From a virus (lineage: Duplodnaviria > Caudoviricetes): a DNA stretch of 43,215 nt. This document shows positions 8,585 through 18,543 of this stretch, piece after piece. The notes under the pieces were generated by a model. That model saw only the letters and a program-made list of their open reading frames with translations, was not told the DNA's origin and did not search any database. Positions within the stretch are counted from its first letter, which is position 1. Each line of letters begins with the position of its first letter. The position numbers and the translations under genes were made by a program. The DNA lies in the IMG/VR virus record IMGVR_UViG_3300037310_000170, positions 1 to 43,215 of that record; one strand, given 5' to 3'.

Positions 8585-11134
8585 TCACCCCCACTGGACC
8601 TTGTCCGTGTTGTGCAGGTAGGGATCCTGCGTGTCCGTGCAATCGTCGGCAATCGGCCATGTAAGCCGCCACGAAGAAGTCGGCGCAGCCGTCGGCGACG
8701 AAGGAACGCCGGTCACTCCGATCCGCACCTGACCACCACCGATGTCCGTCACAGTCGAGACGGTATAGCGCGCCGTGCCCCCGTCGTGCCCGGGCTGGTA
8801 TGCCAAAAGATACCAGCTCGACTGACCGTCGCGCGCATATGTCAAGAGATCGAGGTAGCTGTCATTCACGTCGAATGATGTCACCGGTGAGCCATTGACG
8901 GCCTCGATTGGAATCGACGGCGACATCGCCCCCGCGGCGAGGATGCCATCAACCGAGACCGTTATCGTTTGGACCCCCGAAACAAGCGACCACTGCGCCC
9001 CCAGCACGCGCGCGAGGCCGCTCAGGCCCGGGCTGGCGAGTGCGTAGTCCCAGAGGTGCGGGTCGGTGAGCTCCAGCTTCACGACGTCGCCCGGCTGAGC
9101 GTCGACCCACGGCGGGACGTCAATCTCGAGGACCTGGCGATTCTCCGCCGCTCGGAACCACGCCAGCGACCAGACCTCGACGGCGCTCTTGAGCGTCGCG
9201 CGGTCGACACCGTAGACGTCCAGCGACCACCGAACCGATGTCCGATCGACCAGGTGCTTGTCGGTCGCAATGATCTTGCCCTCGCCCTCCGCCGTGTCGC
9301 CGATGGGCAAGGTCCGACACGTGACCTCGATGGCCTGCGGCGCAGCGTAGACCTCGGTCACACGAATCGGGCGGCGACCGCTGCTCGAGACGAGCAACGA
9401 CTCGGTGATCGTGGCGACCGGAGGCGAGTCTGCCGAGCCGACACGGATCGCCGCAATCTCCAGCGCCGAGCCACCCGTCGAGCGACGGGCCGTCAACGCC
9501 CGCGCGGAGAGTCGCAAAATGCCGCCGAAGAGCTTCTCGAAGCTCGTCCCAGCCTCGCTCGCGACGGTGAACGTCAGGTCTTTGAGCAGACCGTCGAAGA
9601 TGGCTGGAAACGACAGCGACGAGATATCGGGGATGCCGAGCCCTTGGCCTTTCGGGAGCGTGTCGAACGAGCCGTTTTGTGCGTCTCCCGTCGATACGAT
9701 GGCGCGCCGGAGGATATCGGCGAGCTTGCCTGTGTCGAGCCAAAAGAACTTGGCTGAGACGTCCTCGGGGTCCTCGAACTCGCCACGGGCGACGGCCTCG
9801 AGGTCAACGCTCGCCAAGGCCGATCCGGGTGCGCCGATGAGCCGGACGAGCTGCGGATTCTGCGCGTCGATCTCGAGGTCGTCATACTGGAAGTAGCTCG
9901 TGTTGCCCTCGCGCTCGAGCTGAACAAACCCTGACGTGGGCAGGTCGCCCGGCGCGATGTCGTCAAGCTCGACGCTGAGTGCTGCACCGTTCACGCGCGA
10001 CCGCATCGTCAGGCCGATCGGTATCGCTCGTGTGGCGGCACCCGTGCTGATCGCAAAAATGGCGCTCGGCTCGTTGGCAAAGATGAAGGGGATGTTACCG
10101 GCTCCGTCGATGGCGCACCGGATCCATACCTGGATATTGCCGGCCCCAAAGTCGACCGGGATCACGAGCCGGTATTGCCGTCTCATGCCGATGTCGTCAG
10201 TCGCCTCTTCGGCCCAGGAAGCCCCTGTGACCGCGCGCGCGGCATCGATCGCCTCGACAATCGCTGCCCGCAGCTGCGACTCGTAGGCCGGCGAGGTCAG
10301 GCCCGAGAACGGGCGCAACGTGTACTCCTCGTCGGTGTAGCCCGTGCCCCCGTCATCATCGGTGATGTTGAGCGTTAGCACCGCGCCGGTGTCAATCGCC
10401 AAGAGCTCATCATCGGCCGTCGACCACCGAGCCGCCCCGCTGGCTGCTACGCCCAACGGCTCGCTCAGCCGACGCACCTCGTCGCGACACGGGACGATCC
10501 AATGAGAGCCCTCGCGGAACGGCCGCTCGTCGATGTACCCGGACCAGACCACGCACGCCGTCTCGAGGATGCTCGCGCCCTGCACGTACCGGCCCGACGG
10601 GTCGAGCATCGCCATGTACAGGGTGACCCTGCGGCCCCTCCAAACATAGGGCTTGTCTGCGATCAGCGTGCCCTTGCGGTAGCTCCGCTGGCGACCGTAC
10701 GTCCCGCGCGTGACGCTGACGAACTCGTCGAGCAGGGCCCCGCCGTATTCCTCCAGCGACGTGCCAATGTGCAGATCGCTGTCGCCCCACCCGCGCGTGC
10801 TCGCGACCTCAAAGGTCGTGGCCGAAGCGCTTATATCAGCCGTCAACACGGTGGTCTTCGTGGGCCGCTGGAAGAGCGCGGAGATCGTGTCGGTCGCGAT
10901 CAGCTTGAGCTCGAGATCGAATGCACGGGCGACGTGCGTCTTGGGATCGATGGCACATCCGATCTTCGCCGAGTCGTCGATCACGAGCGAGCCGTCGAGC
11001 GTGTAGCCAGTCGGCGCCGTTGCGTCTCCGACGTACTCGCACGGCATGACAGCGATGCCCTCGATTTTGCATAAGTATTGCGGCGCGTATCCGTACCTCA
11101 CGCCACCCATCAGGACCGACCACGACTCGCTCAC
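8585..11134 (-). CDS. Large tail-tip / hub protein
   Basis: 849 aa; WRGRRVTLY...VWSGYID...CRD and C-terminal QPGDVVKL motifs typical of tail-tip hubs; after the TMP and Dit-like genes. Confidence 0.7.
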   Translation of the reverse strand: MSESWSVLMGGVRYGYAPQYLCKIEGIAVMPCEYVGDATAPTGYTLDGSLVIDDSAKIGCAIDPKTHVARAFDLELKLIATDTISALFQRPTKTTVLTADISASATTFEVASTRGWGDSDLHIGTSLEEYGGALLDEFVSVTRGTYGRQRSYRKGTLIADKPYVWRGRRVTLYMAMLDPSGRYVQGASILETACVVWSGYIDERPFREGSHWIVPCRDEVRRLSEPLGVAASGAARWSTADDELLAIDTGAVLTLNITDDDGGTGYTDEEYTLRPFSGLTSPAYESQLRAAIVEAIDAARAVTGASWAEEATDDIGMRRQYRLVIPVDFGAGNIQVWIRCAIDGAGNIPFIFANEPSAIFAISTGAATRAIPIGLTMRSRVNGAALSVELDDIAPGDLPTSGFVQLEREGNTSYFQYDDLEIDAQNPQLVRLIGAPGSALASVDLEAVARGEFEDPEDVSAKFFWLDTGKLADILRRAIVSTGDAQNGSFDTLPKGQGLGIPDISSLSFPAIFDGLLKDLTFTVASEAGTSFEKLFGGILRLSARALTARRSTGGSALEIAAIRVGSADSPPVATITESLLVSSSGRRPIRVTEVYAAPQAIEVTCRTLPIGDTAEGEGKIIATDKHLVDRTSVRWSLDVYGVDRATLKSAVEVWSLAWFRAAENRQVLEIDVPPWVDAQPGDVVKLELTDPHLWDYALASPGLSGLARVLGAQWSLVSGVQTITVSVDGILAAGAMSPSIPIEAVNGSPVTSFDVNDSYLDLLTYARDGQSSWYLLAYQPGHDGGTARYTVSTVTDIGGGQVRIGVTGVPSSPTAAPTSSWRLTWPIADDCTDTQDPYLHNTDKVQWG

Positions 11135-11796
11135 GATGGGTCCTCCATCGAGGCCTGGAGCCGAACGCGGACATGTCCATTCGGGTCGTCGTGGTCGACT
11201 CCGACGGTGGCATACGGATAGACCGTCAGCGTGCCGTCAAGGTCGTCTTCGTCGTACGCATCGACATTGGCGAACTCGACCTTGAAGGCGCCGTGGCCGG
11301 TTGCCAGCGGCGACGTTTCCATGTCGCTCCACTGCGCCGCCGTGAACGACAGCTCGACCTCGATGTCGGTCGCGCGGCCGTAGTGGTAGGCGCTCGCTCG
11401 TCCGCCTCGATACTCGCTCAACTCAGATTCCTCGCGCTCCACGGGCTCGGTGCGACCGACGAGCATGTCGACGATCCCCCACGCGCCTGATCCTGCTGAG
11501 CCGTTCGATATGACAGCACTCCCAAACCCCAGCAGGTCGACAAGCGTGTCGCTCAGATTGAGCCACAGATTACCGCCCGAGACCGAGAGCGATACGGACG
11601 TGCCATCCCAGGAGAACGTCACGGTCCGCGAGGCCGCTGTCCCGATCGCCGTCGCCCACGCGTCGAGCGCCTCGCGCACGGGCATCGTCGACGCCAGGTC
11701 GGAGTCAGTCCACGGCCCGGTGGATGCCGTCGTCGACCACTGCATACGCCCGGTCGCCGGGAGCCCGTAATAGAGCAGCAGCTCGACCGTCGCCAT
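11131..11796 (-). CDS. Distal-tail-like protein (paralog 2)
   Basis: Second gene after the TMP; start/stop coupling on both sides. Confidence 0.6.
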   Translation of the reverse strand: MATVELLLYYGLPATGRMQWSTTASTGPWTDSDLASTMPVREALDAWATAIGTAASRTVTFSWDGTSVSLSVSGGNLWLNLSDTLVDLLGFGSAVISNGSAGSGAWGIVDMLVGRTEPVEREESELSEYRGGRASAYHYGRATDIEVELSFTAAQWSDMETSPLATGHGAFKVEFANVDAYDEDDLDGTLTVYPYATVGVDHDDPNGHVRVRLQASMEDPS

Positions 11797-12479
11797 TACA
11801 CGACCCCCGCGGCCGCGCCCGCATAGAGCGTGTCGCCGCCGAGCACCTCGATCGATCCGACAACGATCGTCGGGTCGTCAGGGTGCATCAGATCGATGTT
11901 GCCGACCGTCACGCGCCGCCACCCGCCGACGAGCTCGTCGAGAATGTAGGCGGTCCGCGGTTGGGTCGCCAGCCGCCTTGCCTCATTGAGGGCGAAACTC
12001 TGCTGGCGCGTCAACTCGACCGCCACCTGAGGCCGCCGGAGCGACGTCGCCTGGTGCCCGAACCGCCAGGCGCCGACCCGCGAACGCCCACCCGACTCCG
12101 TGTCGAATCGCTCCCAGACGAGCGAGCCGGGCCGAGCGGCGCACGAGGCTGAACAAGCCGTTACGGGGCTCCCGCTCGTGTCGCCGAATAGGGCCGTCCA
12201 GGTCGCGTTCGGCGTGATCGTAAAGGCGGTGTCAGCACCCGTGAACGTGTAGACGAACCGGATGCGCCGATCATCATCGTCCGGCTCAGCCGTCATCGTG
12301 ACGCTGTCGATACTCGCCGACCACGCCCGACCCGCATCGTCGAGCCAGTCACGCAGCGCAGATGCCACCTCGTACGCGTTCAGCGTGTCCCCAGCGACGG
12401 CGTAGGTCTCGATCCCGTCGGCATGATCGAACTCGATGTCGGCCCCCGTCCACCCTGCTCGCGTGAAGACGATGCCCAT
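11796..12479 (-). CDS. Distal-tail-like protein (paralog 1)
   Basis: Directly after the TMP, 1-nt overlap. Confidence 0.6.
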   Translation of the reverse strand: MGIVFTRAGWTGADIEFDHADGIETYAVAGDTLNAYEVASALRDWLDDAGRAWSASIDSVTMTAEPDDDDRRIRFVYTFTGADTAFTITPNATWTALFGDTSGSPVTACSASCAARPGSLVWERFDTESGGRSRVGAWRFGHQATSLRRPQVAVELTRQQSFALNEARRLATQPRTAYILDELVGGWRRVTVGNIDLMHPDDPTIVVGSIEVLGGDTLYAGAAAGVV

Positions 12480-14113
12480 CAGGCCGCGTCCCGTCCACGC
12501 TCAAAGCCGGTCCCGTGCGGTCGCTGGAGGAACTGCACGAGCCCCGCCGCTGCCTCTTGCGGCGACGGCCCGAACCACGGAGCATTGATATTGATCACAT
12601 AAGGAGCTGAAGCCCCCGACCCCGAATGTGCCACTTGCCGCGCAACGGTCCGCGACGAGCCCGCGCCCGAGCCCCGGCCTCCACCGCCAGAGGCAGAGAA
12701 GGCCGCCTGAGTGCCGAGGATGGCCGCCGCCGTGAAGTGCGCCGCGGCGGCCGGATAGTTCTGTGATGCGATCGCGCCGAACCCGAGGCCGAGCTCGATA
12801 ATCGACAGCACCCCCGCGCGGAGGCGCTCGTTCTTGATCTGCGCCGCGCCCGCCTTGGCTATGGCCCCGAGCGAGCCAACCACCGCGTTCTTCGTCGTGA
12901 TTGAGCCCTGGCCCCACTTGGCCCACGTGTCGGAGATCGTCGACAGCGCCGACTGAAACTCGGCCATGCCGGGGAGCGCTTCGGACAACGCCGCGGTGAA
13001 GTCGCGGATGTCGTCGCCCATGCTGAGACGGTCTGCCGAGTCGCGGTTCTTCCGCTCCTCGGCCATCTTTTTGTCAAAGTCGAGACCGGCCTGTTTGACA
13101 AGATCGGCATTCTCGGGGAGAGCCATCGCCCTGCGACGAAGTGACGCGTCAAGGCTCTCGACCTGCGCGGCTGTCTTACGTCGAGACGACGGCCGGTCGC
13201 CCCGCGCGGCCGCCACTTTGGCCGACCAGAACTCCTCAGCTGTTTCGCCCCCACCTCCACGAGGAGGCGCAGGTGTCCCTCCACCACCACCCCCACTATA
13301 GCCGCCCGAGGCTGCCGTTTTGCTGACCGTCATCGCCAAGCCGGCCAGGGGGATAGCGCGCGCGAATACCTGTTTGCCGATCTCGACGCTCTGTTGTTTC
13401 AGGTACTCCAGATTCAGCTTCTCGAAATCGACGATCTCCTTCGTCAATCGCTTGCGGTCGTCGAGCAACTTGAGCTGTTTTTTTTGCGCGTCCTCGAGCT
13501 GCGCAGCGAACCCAACGGGGAGCTCCCAGACGGACACGCCCGCCTTCTGATAGTCCTTCCATCGCTGCTCGAGCACGAGCGTCTTGATCGAGGACTCAGC
13601 CAGCGCGTCATTTGTCAATTGGAGTTGGAGACGCGCATCGCTGGCCGCAACAAGGCCAGCGTCCCAGGTGTCCCTGAACGTGTCGCGCGTCTGCCCGAGT
13701 CGGTCACGAAGCGCGTCTGTTGCCTCCTGGAGCTTATTGCCAGCCGCCCGGAACTCATCCATGCGGCGGTTCAGCTGCCCCTGTGCGGTATGCGCATCGC
13801 GAAGCTTTTCGACCAGCGCGACCAGCGCCGCACCGACTGACAAAATCGTACCGACTACGAATCCCGCGTTGCTCCGAAGTTGCTCAAAGCCTTCGCGTAA
13901 AGCGTTCAGCGGCTTCATGCCGCCCTTGAGCTGACCGACCTGATCAGCAAGCCCCTTGACCTTCCCTCCTGTTGCCGTCGATGCGTCGCCCGTTTGCGCG
14001 ACCTGATTTTTCAGGCCCTCGACGGCCTTTGCATCCGCGCCAGTCTTGGCCGCGAGATTGCCCGTACTCGTCGTCTTAAGCGTGACCTGCACGTTGCCGG
14101 AGAACACCGCCAC
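12479..14113 (-). CDS. Tail tape measure protein
   Basis: Ala/Gly-rich helical 544 aa with hydrophobic segments and C-terminal YVININAP; follows the chaperone pair. Confidence 0.8.
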   Translation of the reverse strand: MAVFSGNVQVTLKTTSTGNLAAKTGADAKAVEGLKNQVAQTGDASTATGGKVKGLADQVGQLKGGMKPLNALREGFEQLRSNAGFVVGTILSVGAALVALVEKLRDAHTAQGQLNRRMDEFRAAGNKLQEATDALRDRLGQTRDTFRDTWDAGLVAASDARLQLQLTNDALAESSIKTLVLEQRWKDYQKAGVSVWELPVGFAAQLEDAQKKQLKLLDDRKRLTKEIVDFEKLNLEYLKQQSVEIGKQVFARAIPLAGLAMTVSKTAASGGYSGGGGGGTPAPPRGGGGETAEEFWSAKVAAARGDRPSSRRKTAAQVESLDASLRRRAMALPENADLVKQAGLDFDKKMAEERKNRDSADRLSMGDDIRDFTAALSEALPGMAEFQSALSTISDTWAKWGQGSITTKNAVVGSLGAIAKAGAAQIKNERLRAGVLSIIELGLGFGAIASQNYPAAAAHFTAAAILGTQAAFSASGGGGRGSGAGSSRTVARQVAHSGSGASAPYVININAPWFGPSPQEAAAGLVQFLQRPHGTGFERGRDAA

Positions 14114-14117
14114 GGTA

Positions 14118-14537
14118 TCACCCTCCCGCCGAGCGGCGGCCGCTGAACTGCGGACGCGGCCCCGCGCCGTCGCGACGCGAGCGCTCCATTTTCTCCTCGT
14201 CCGCTTTCCTCACCGCCGCACGAATGGCGGCACACCCGTCGACGACATAAGGTGCGTATGCCTCGGGCCACTCGGCCAGCGGCGATATCTGTGCGGCGAG
14301 GTAGGTCTGTAGGATGCCATCCCATGTCGGCGCGCGGAGCATCGCACGAGGGCAAAGCGGCCAGTCGACGCCCACCGCGCGAGTCACACGCCGCGTCTGG
14401 CATCCGTCGGCGGCCTGTGGCCCGGTGCAACCCGCGCAGCGCGTGGCAAGCTCGCGATCGATCTCCATGCTCTTGACCGTCGCGAGCGCGTACAGGTCGA
14501 GCGGCGGCGCGTCATCCAGCGCTTTTCGTGGCTCCAT
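14118..14537 (-). CDS. Tail assembly chaperone (gpT-like)
   Basis: Between the gpG-like gene and the TMP; ATG at 14537 with AGGAGG upstream; Cys motifs CAGC and CP. Confidence 0.6.
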   Translation of the reverse strand: MEPRKALDDAPPLDLYALATVKSMEIDRELATRCAGCTGPQAADGCQTRRVTRAVGVDWPLCPRAMLRAPTWDGILQTYLAAQISPLAEWPEAYAPYVVDGCAAIRAAVRKADEEKMERSRRDGAGPRPQFSGRRSAGG

Positions 14538-15021
14538 CGGAGCCCTCCTCGCCTTCGACCTCGCGGCCGTCGGCCAGCGCGAACACGGCGCGCGCCGTGC
14601 GGTGGTAGGCATCGAGGCTCTTGCCGTGCGACCGGCTGAGGATACGCAACGCCAGGAGCTCGTAGGCGATGAGCCCTCCGCGGCCCCCGTGCTCGTCGGT
14701 CCCGTTGGACGCCATGAGCGCGTCGAGCCACTCGCGGATCTCGGAGGCCTTCGTCCGACGGTCGACCCGGAGGACCGCGCGCTCGAGCGCGAACGCATAG
14801 CCCGCCCAGACGCCGCCCGGCGTGTCCTTGTGCTGCCGCAACTCGGATGGCCGGAGGATGCGGACGCGCATCTTCGTGGCATCAGCTCCAACGTCACACT
14901 CAGCAGCCAGGACCCACCCGCAGTGCTCTAATGCCACCGGGACACGGACGGACGGGTCCTCCGAGTAGACGAGGTCTTCCTCGGACAGGTCGACGCGGAT
15001 GGGGCCGGACAGAAGCGACAT
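14512..15021 (-). CDS. Tail assembly chaperone (gpG-like)
   Basis: Starts at the TGATG junction after the tail tube gene; acidic C-terminus; overlaps the gpT-like gene by 26 nt. Confidence 0.6.
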   Translation of the reverse strand: MSLLSGPIRVDLSEEDLVYSEDPSVRVPVALEHCGWVLAAECDVGADATKMRVRILRPSELRQHKDTPGGVWAGYAFALERAVLRVDRRTKASEIREWLDALMASNGTDEHGGRGGLIAYELLALRILSRSHGKSLDAYHRTARAVFALADGREVEGEEGSDGATKSAG

Positions 15022-16307
15022 CAGCCGCCCCCCATGCGCCACGCCTTGTTGCCGCCGTTCGCACTCGAGCCGTCGCCCGACCAGGGCCCCGAGCGTAACG
15101 TGCCCTGCCAGTAGCGCACGCCGTCGATGTCGACGGGCTCGGGCTTGCTGTCCAGTCGGCCGGCCGGCATGTTGAACGCCAGCAGCTGCCCAGCGACGCG
15201 ACCATAGTACGCCGACATCGAGATCGCGGTCTTGGACTGCCAGGCGCGCACCAGGATCGGGCCCTTCGTGCCGGACACGAACGGGGCGTATTCGTCGGAG
15301 TCCGGCACCGCAAGCACGACATCGAGAGCCGGAGACGATACGGTCACCGCCGCCACGCCCTGCGCCGCGGCGGGGCTCATGAGCGCGTGATGTGCCCACA
15401 TGATCGTCCACTCGACGTTGCGCACGTCGAAGCTCCCGTAGGGGTCCTCTGTGCCGTCATTGACCTGGAAGATGCTCGTCGAAGATCCGACCTGCGCGCC
15501 GAGCACATACCGCGAAGAGCCGCGGATGGCGTCCATGTCCAGCATGGCCGTCAGCGCTTGGAGTCCGCCCCCGCTGCTGTAGGGCTCGCTCTCCCCGCCG
15601 TAGCACGGACCCTCGACCGTACACATGAGGATGTCGTCCTCGACGGCGAATTTGGCAGTCTCGGGAACGAAGCCGATGAATCTGCGGTCGTGCTCTGGAG
15701 CTTCTCCGACGACGCGGATCGTGCACCCGTAGTGCTCGAGCTCGCCGTCGGGATACCACGTGAAGGTCGGGATCCGCTCGGCGTTATTGTCCGGCTGCGC
15801 GTCGAGGTCCTCGAACAACTCCGCTGTGTAGGGCCCCGCGCCGGACAGGCTCTTGATGAAGCCCATCTTGACGCGCGAGTCGTCATCGTCGAGCGACGCG
15901 ACGAGACACCCGACCTTGCCCGTCGATGTGTTGAGCGTGATCGTATTGCCGTCGCTCGGTGACACGCCGTTGGCCTGTTTGGCAATCGTGTCAGGCGCCC
16001 ACATCGGCAGCGTGCGCGCTAGCCCCTGCGGCTCCGGTGTGTCGGACGCGTGGGCATAGGCAGCGAGCTGGCCGCGCCAAGGGAACTTGATCGCGAGCAC
16101 GGGAATATCGCTTCCTGGCAAGGGCCCAGCGAACGCCCCGGACGCCTCCGACGAGCGCGCCACGAGCGACTGAACGGTCCGGTAGGTGACCTGCGGCATG
16201 TCGCAGAACACCCACTGGTCAACCGCCGCCTCAGTCAGCAAGCCTGTTAATTGCTCGCCGATCCCGACCGAGAATCGATCAGTCCGAAAAATCGTCTCCC
16301 ACGTCAT
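15021..16307 (-). CDS. Major tail (tube) protein
   Basis: 428 aa from MTWETIF, GAGGAG RBS; canonical position between tail terminator and chaperones. Confidence 0.65.
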   Translation of the reverse strand: MTWETIFRTDRFSVGIGEQLTGLLTEAAVDQWVFCDMPQVTYRTVQSLVARSSEASGAFAGPLPGSDIPVLAIKFPWRGQLAAYAHASDTPEPQGLARTLPMWAPDTIAKQANGVSPSDGNTITLNTSTGKVGCLVASLDDDDSRVKMGFIKSLSGAGPYTAELFEDLDAQPDNNAERIPTFTWYPDGELEHYGCTIRVVGEAPEHDRRFIGFVPETAKFAVEDDILMCTVEGPCYGGESEPYSSGGGLQALTAMLDMDAIRGSSRYVLGAQVGSSTSIFQVNDGTEDPYGSFDVRNVEWTIMWAHHALMSPAAAQGVAAVTVSSPALDVVLAVPDSDEYAPFVSGTKGPILVRAWQSKTAISMSAYYGRVAGQLLAFNMPAGRLDSKPEPVDIDGVRYWQGTLRSGPWSGDGSSANGGNKAWRMGGG

Positions 16308-16786
16308 GGCGTGCTCCTCAGATAGTCGATTCCGACCGTCCACACGGCCGCATACCGGATCCCACTGCCCCAGTCGGCCAACCCAAATTGCGACGAGCCG
16401 CCGGTCTCGTATCCCTGCACCCGGACCACGGTGTTCGTGGTCACGATCGGCGTGTCGAGCGCAGCCAGTAGGCCATTCGCTCCGCCCAGTCGGCGCAAGC
16501 GATCTTCGACCGTCGGCGCATCCTCGAGCATCTTCCGACGGCCCATCGGGTCACGGGGATATTGCAGGCTGAATCGCAACGTTAGCGTCCGCCACCCGCC
16601 CGCGGTCTGCGTCCGGCCCGACGGACCATCGGCAGTCGGATCGATGCGCATCGCGCGCGGTCTGTCGCGATTCTCCTCGAGCTCGCCGTCCGAGATCGGC
16701 GGGAAGTCCGCATCGCTCGACAGCGACGTGTCCATCATTACGTTGGCCACGCCCTCGATCACATCCGCGGCGGTCGTCGTGCTCAT
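16304..16786 (-). CDS. Tail terminator / completion protein
   Basis: 160 aa from MSTTTAAD, ATGA overlaps on both sides; synteny. Confidence 0.55.
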   Translation of the reverse strand: MSTTTAADVIEGVANVMMDTSLSSDADFPPISDGELEENRDRPRAMRIDPTADGPSGRTQTAGGWRTLTLRFSLQYPRDPMGRRKMLEDAPTVEDRLRRLGGANGLLAALDTPIVTTNTVVRVQGYETGGSSQFGLADWGSGIRYAAVWTVGIDYLRSTP

Positions 16787-17481
16787 GCCCGCGCCCTCAG
16801 CGCCTGGCGCACGATCTCGCCGAGCGTCGCCGGCAAGGGCGACTCCCATTGCACCGGCACGTCGTGCCCGTAGCCAAGAGCAACCCCATGCACTGACGCG
16901 AGCGCGAGCGCCTCGACCTCGCGCTCGGCCAACGCGAGCACATTGACCCGGTGCTGACGCAGCACCGTCCAAGCCTTGAATGCATTGTTGATCTGGAGCG
17001 CCGCTGCGCGATTCGTGCCGCTCCGGTTGTTGCGGCGGGTCTTCGCCGCGAGCTTCTTCGTCTGCTTGAAATTCGGGCTCCGCCCGGTCGAGCGACCACG
17101 AAACATGATCTTAGCCGTGCGAGCCCCTTCGAGGACCGCCGAGAGTCCCGACCACATGCCGCCTGTCGTCGAGTAGCTGCCAGGAACGGTCGCGTTGGCC
17201 GCGTGATATTCGGCCGCCGTCCTGTACCACTCGGCTCCGCTCGGCCCGACCTGGCCTGCCGCGCGGTCCGGATATCCGGGCGCCGTCGCTTGCCACCGAC
17301 GCTTCGTCGACCAGCCCGGGAACGGCTGTCCCGCGAGGTCTGCGTGGCCCTGCACGCGCTCGCGGATCGTCTCGCCGAGAGGCGGTGCAACGACGCCGGT
17401 GAACGTCGTCTCGAACTCATGCATCGTCAGGCCGCGAGACACTGCTGCGCGCGACACTTCCAGCTTGACGCTGAACATCAC
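16783..17481 (-). CDS. Neck / tail-completion protein (basic, virion morphogenesis-like)
   Basis: Basic protein with a TGGMWSGL motif; synteny. Confidence 0.55.
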   Translation of the reverse strand: MMFSVKLEVSRAAVSRGLTMHEFETTFTGVVAPPLGETIRERVQGHADLAGQPFPGWSTKRRWQATAPGYPDRAAGQVGPSGAEWYRTAAEYHAANATVPGSYSTTGGMWSGLSAVLEGARTAKIMFRGRSTGRSPNFKQTKKLAAKTRRNNRSGTNRAAALQINNAFKAWTVLRQHRVNVLALAEREVEALALASVHGVALGYGHDVPVQWESPLPATLGEIVRQALRARA

Positions 17482-17816
17482 AACCGCCCGCTCAGCTGAA
17501 ACTCGACCATGCCGAGATCGTTGCGCAAGGTCTGCGAGACGCGATAGGTGCGGCTCGTCCCGCGCACGTCGAATGTGACATAATCACCAGCCGCGGGCGT
17601 GATGCCCGCTGACTCCAGCGCGAGCGCACGGATCTCAAGCCGCGGCTCAGCAGATTCATACGCCGGGGCGCTGGGCGACAGGTCGCCCATGCGGGGTGCG
17701 AAGTAGGCGTCGAGCGTGACTGGCGGGAGCCCGCTGGGGACGTAGATCACCGGGCGCCCAAAGGCCCCGATGACCGCGGCGTTCACCAGATCGTCGAGCT
17801 CGTCGGCAGTCTCCAC
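17478..17816 (-). CDS. Head-tail joining protein (lambda FII-like)
   Basis: 112 aa, FGRPVIY...GDYVTF...TYRV...DLGMVEFQL pattern; GGAGGT RBS. Confidence 0.7.
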   Translation of the reverse strand: METADELDDLVNAAVIGAFGRPVIYVPSGLPPVTLDAYFAPRMGDLSPSAPAYESAEPRLEIRALALESAGITPAAGDYVTFDVRGTSRTYRVSQTLRNDLGMVEFQLSGRL

Positions 17817-17832
17817 GCCACCTCCAGATCGA

Positions 17833-18531
17833 TCACGTCCGCTGGAAGTAGACGAAGAGGTCTACGCCGTCGTTCTCCGCCAAATCGGCGTTGTCGCTCG
17901 TGACCAGGAACTCCGCCAGCCCGGCTTGCGCGATGACGAGGTCTGCCGCGGTGGCGGTCAGAGTGATCGGCGTGAGCGCGTTGTCGGTGATGGTCTCGAG
18001 GTTCAGGCTACTGAACAGGTCATTGTCCGACACGCCGACGTTGTTGCTCGTGAGGGTGACTGTGCCTGCGGCCGAGCTCGGCTTGGCTGTCGTGTAATAG
18101 TCGATGCCAACAACCTTGCCAGCCCAGCGCGCCAGGAAGCTGGCTACCTGGACGTCATTGGCCGCCATCCTCAGCGGAATCCGTACGACCTCGAACACGT
18201 CCAACGCCGGGTCGAGAATGACCCATGCGCCCGTGTCGCCAGTGAGCGCCGATTGCGCGTAGACGCCGATCAGCACGTTGTTGCGGAAGTCGGCGTTGGC
18301 CGCGGCGTCGGCCACATCCCAGAACGCCGGATCGCCGGCCGCCGGCACATAGCCGGTCGCCTTCGCGACGCGGATGATGCCCGCGGTCAGCACCTGCAAC
18401 GTCTGCCCCGTCGTCGCGTCGTTGAGCGCGAAGCCATGGATGCCGCCGGACTGAACGAAGTCACCAGCGGTGACCGTGCCCGTCGCGACGACTTCCTTGA
18501 TCACTCCAGGCTGTCGATAGTTCACCGTCAT
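17833..18531 (-). CDS. DUF2190-like capsid cement protein with C-terminal extension
   Basis: NYRQPG...VTAGDFV...GFALND...G...KA...GD...WD pattern directly after the capsid gene. Confidence 0.8.
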   Translation of the reverse strand: MTVNYRQPGVIKEVVATGTVTAGDFVQSGGIHGFALNDATTGQTLQVLTAGIIRVAKATGYVPAAGDPAFWDVADAAANADFRNNVLIGVYAQSALTGDTGAWVILDPALDVFEVVRIPLRMAANDVQVASFLARWAGKVVGIDYYTTAKPSSAAGTVTLTSNNVGVSDNDLFSSLNLETITDNALTPITLTATAADLVIAQAGLAEFLVTSDNADLAENDGVDLFVYFQRT

Positions 18532-18543
18532 TTGTCATTCTCC

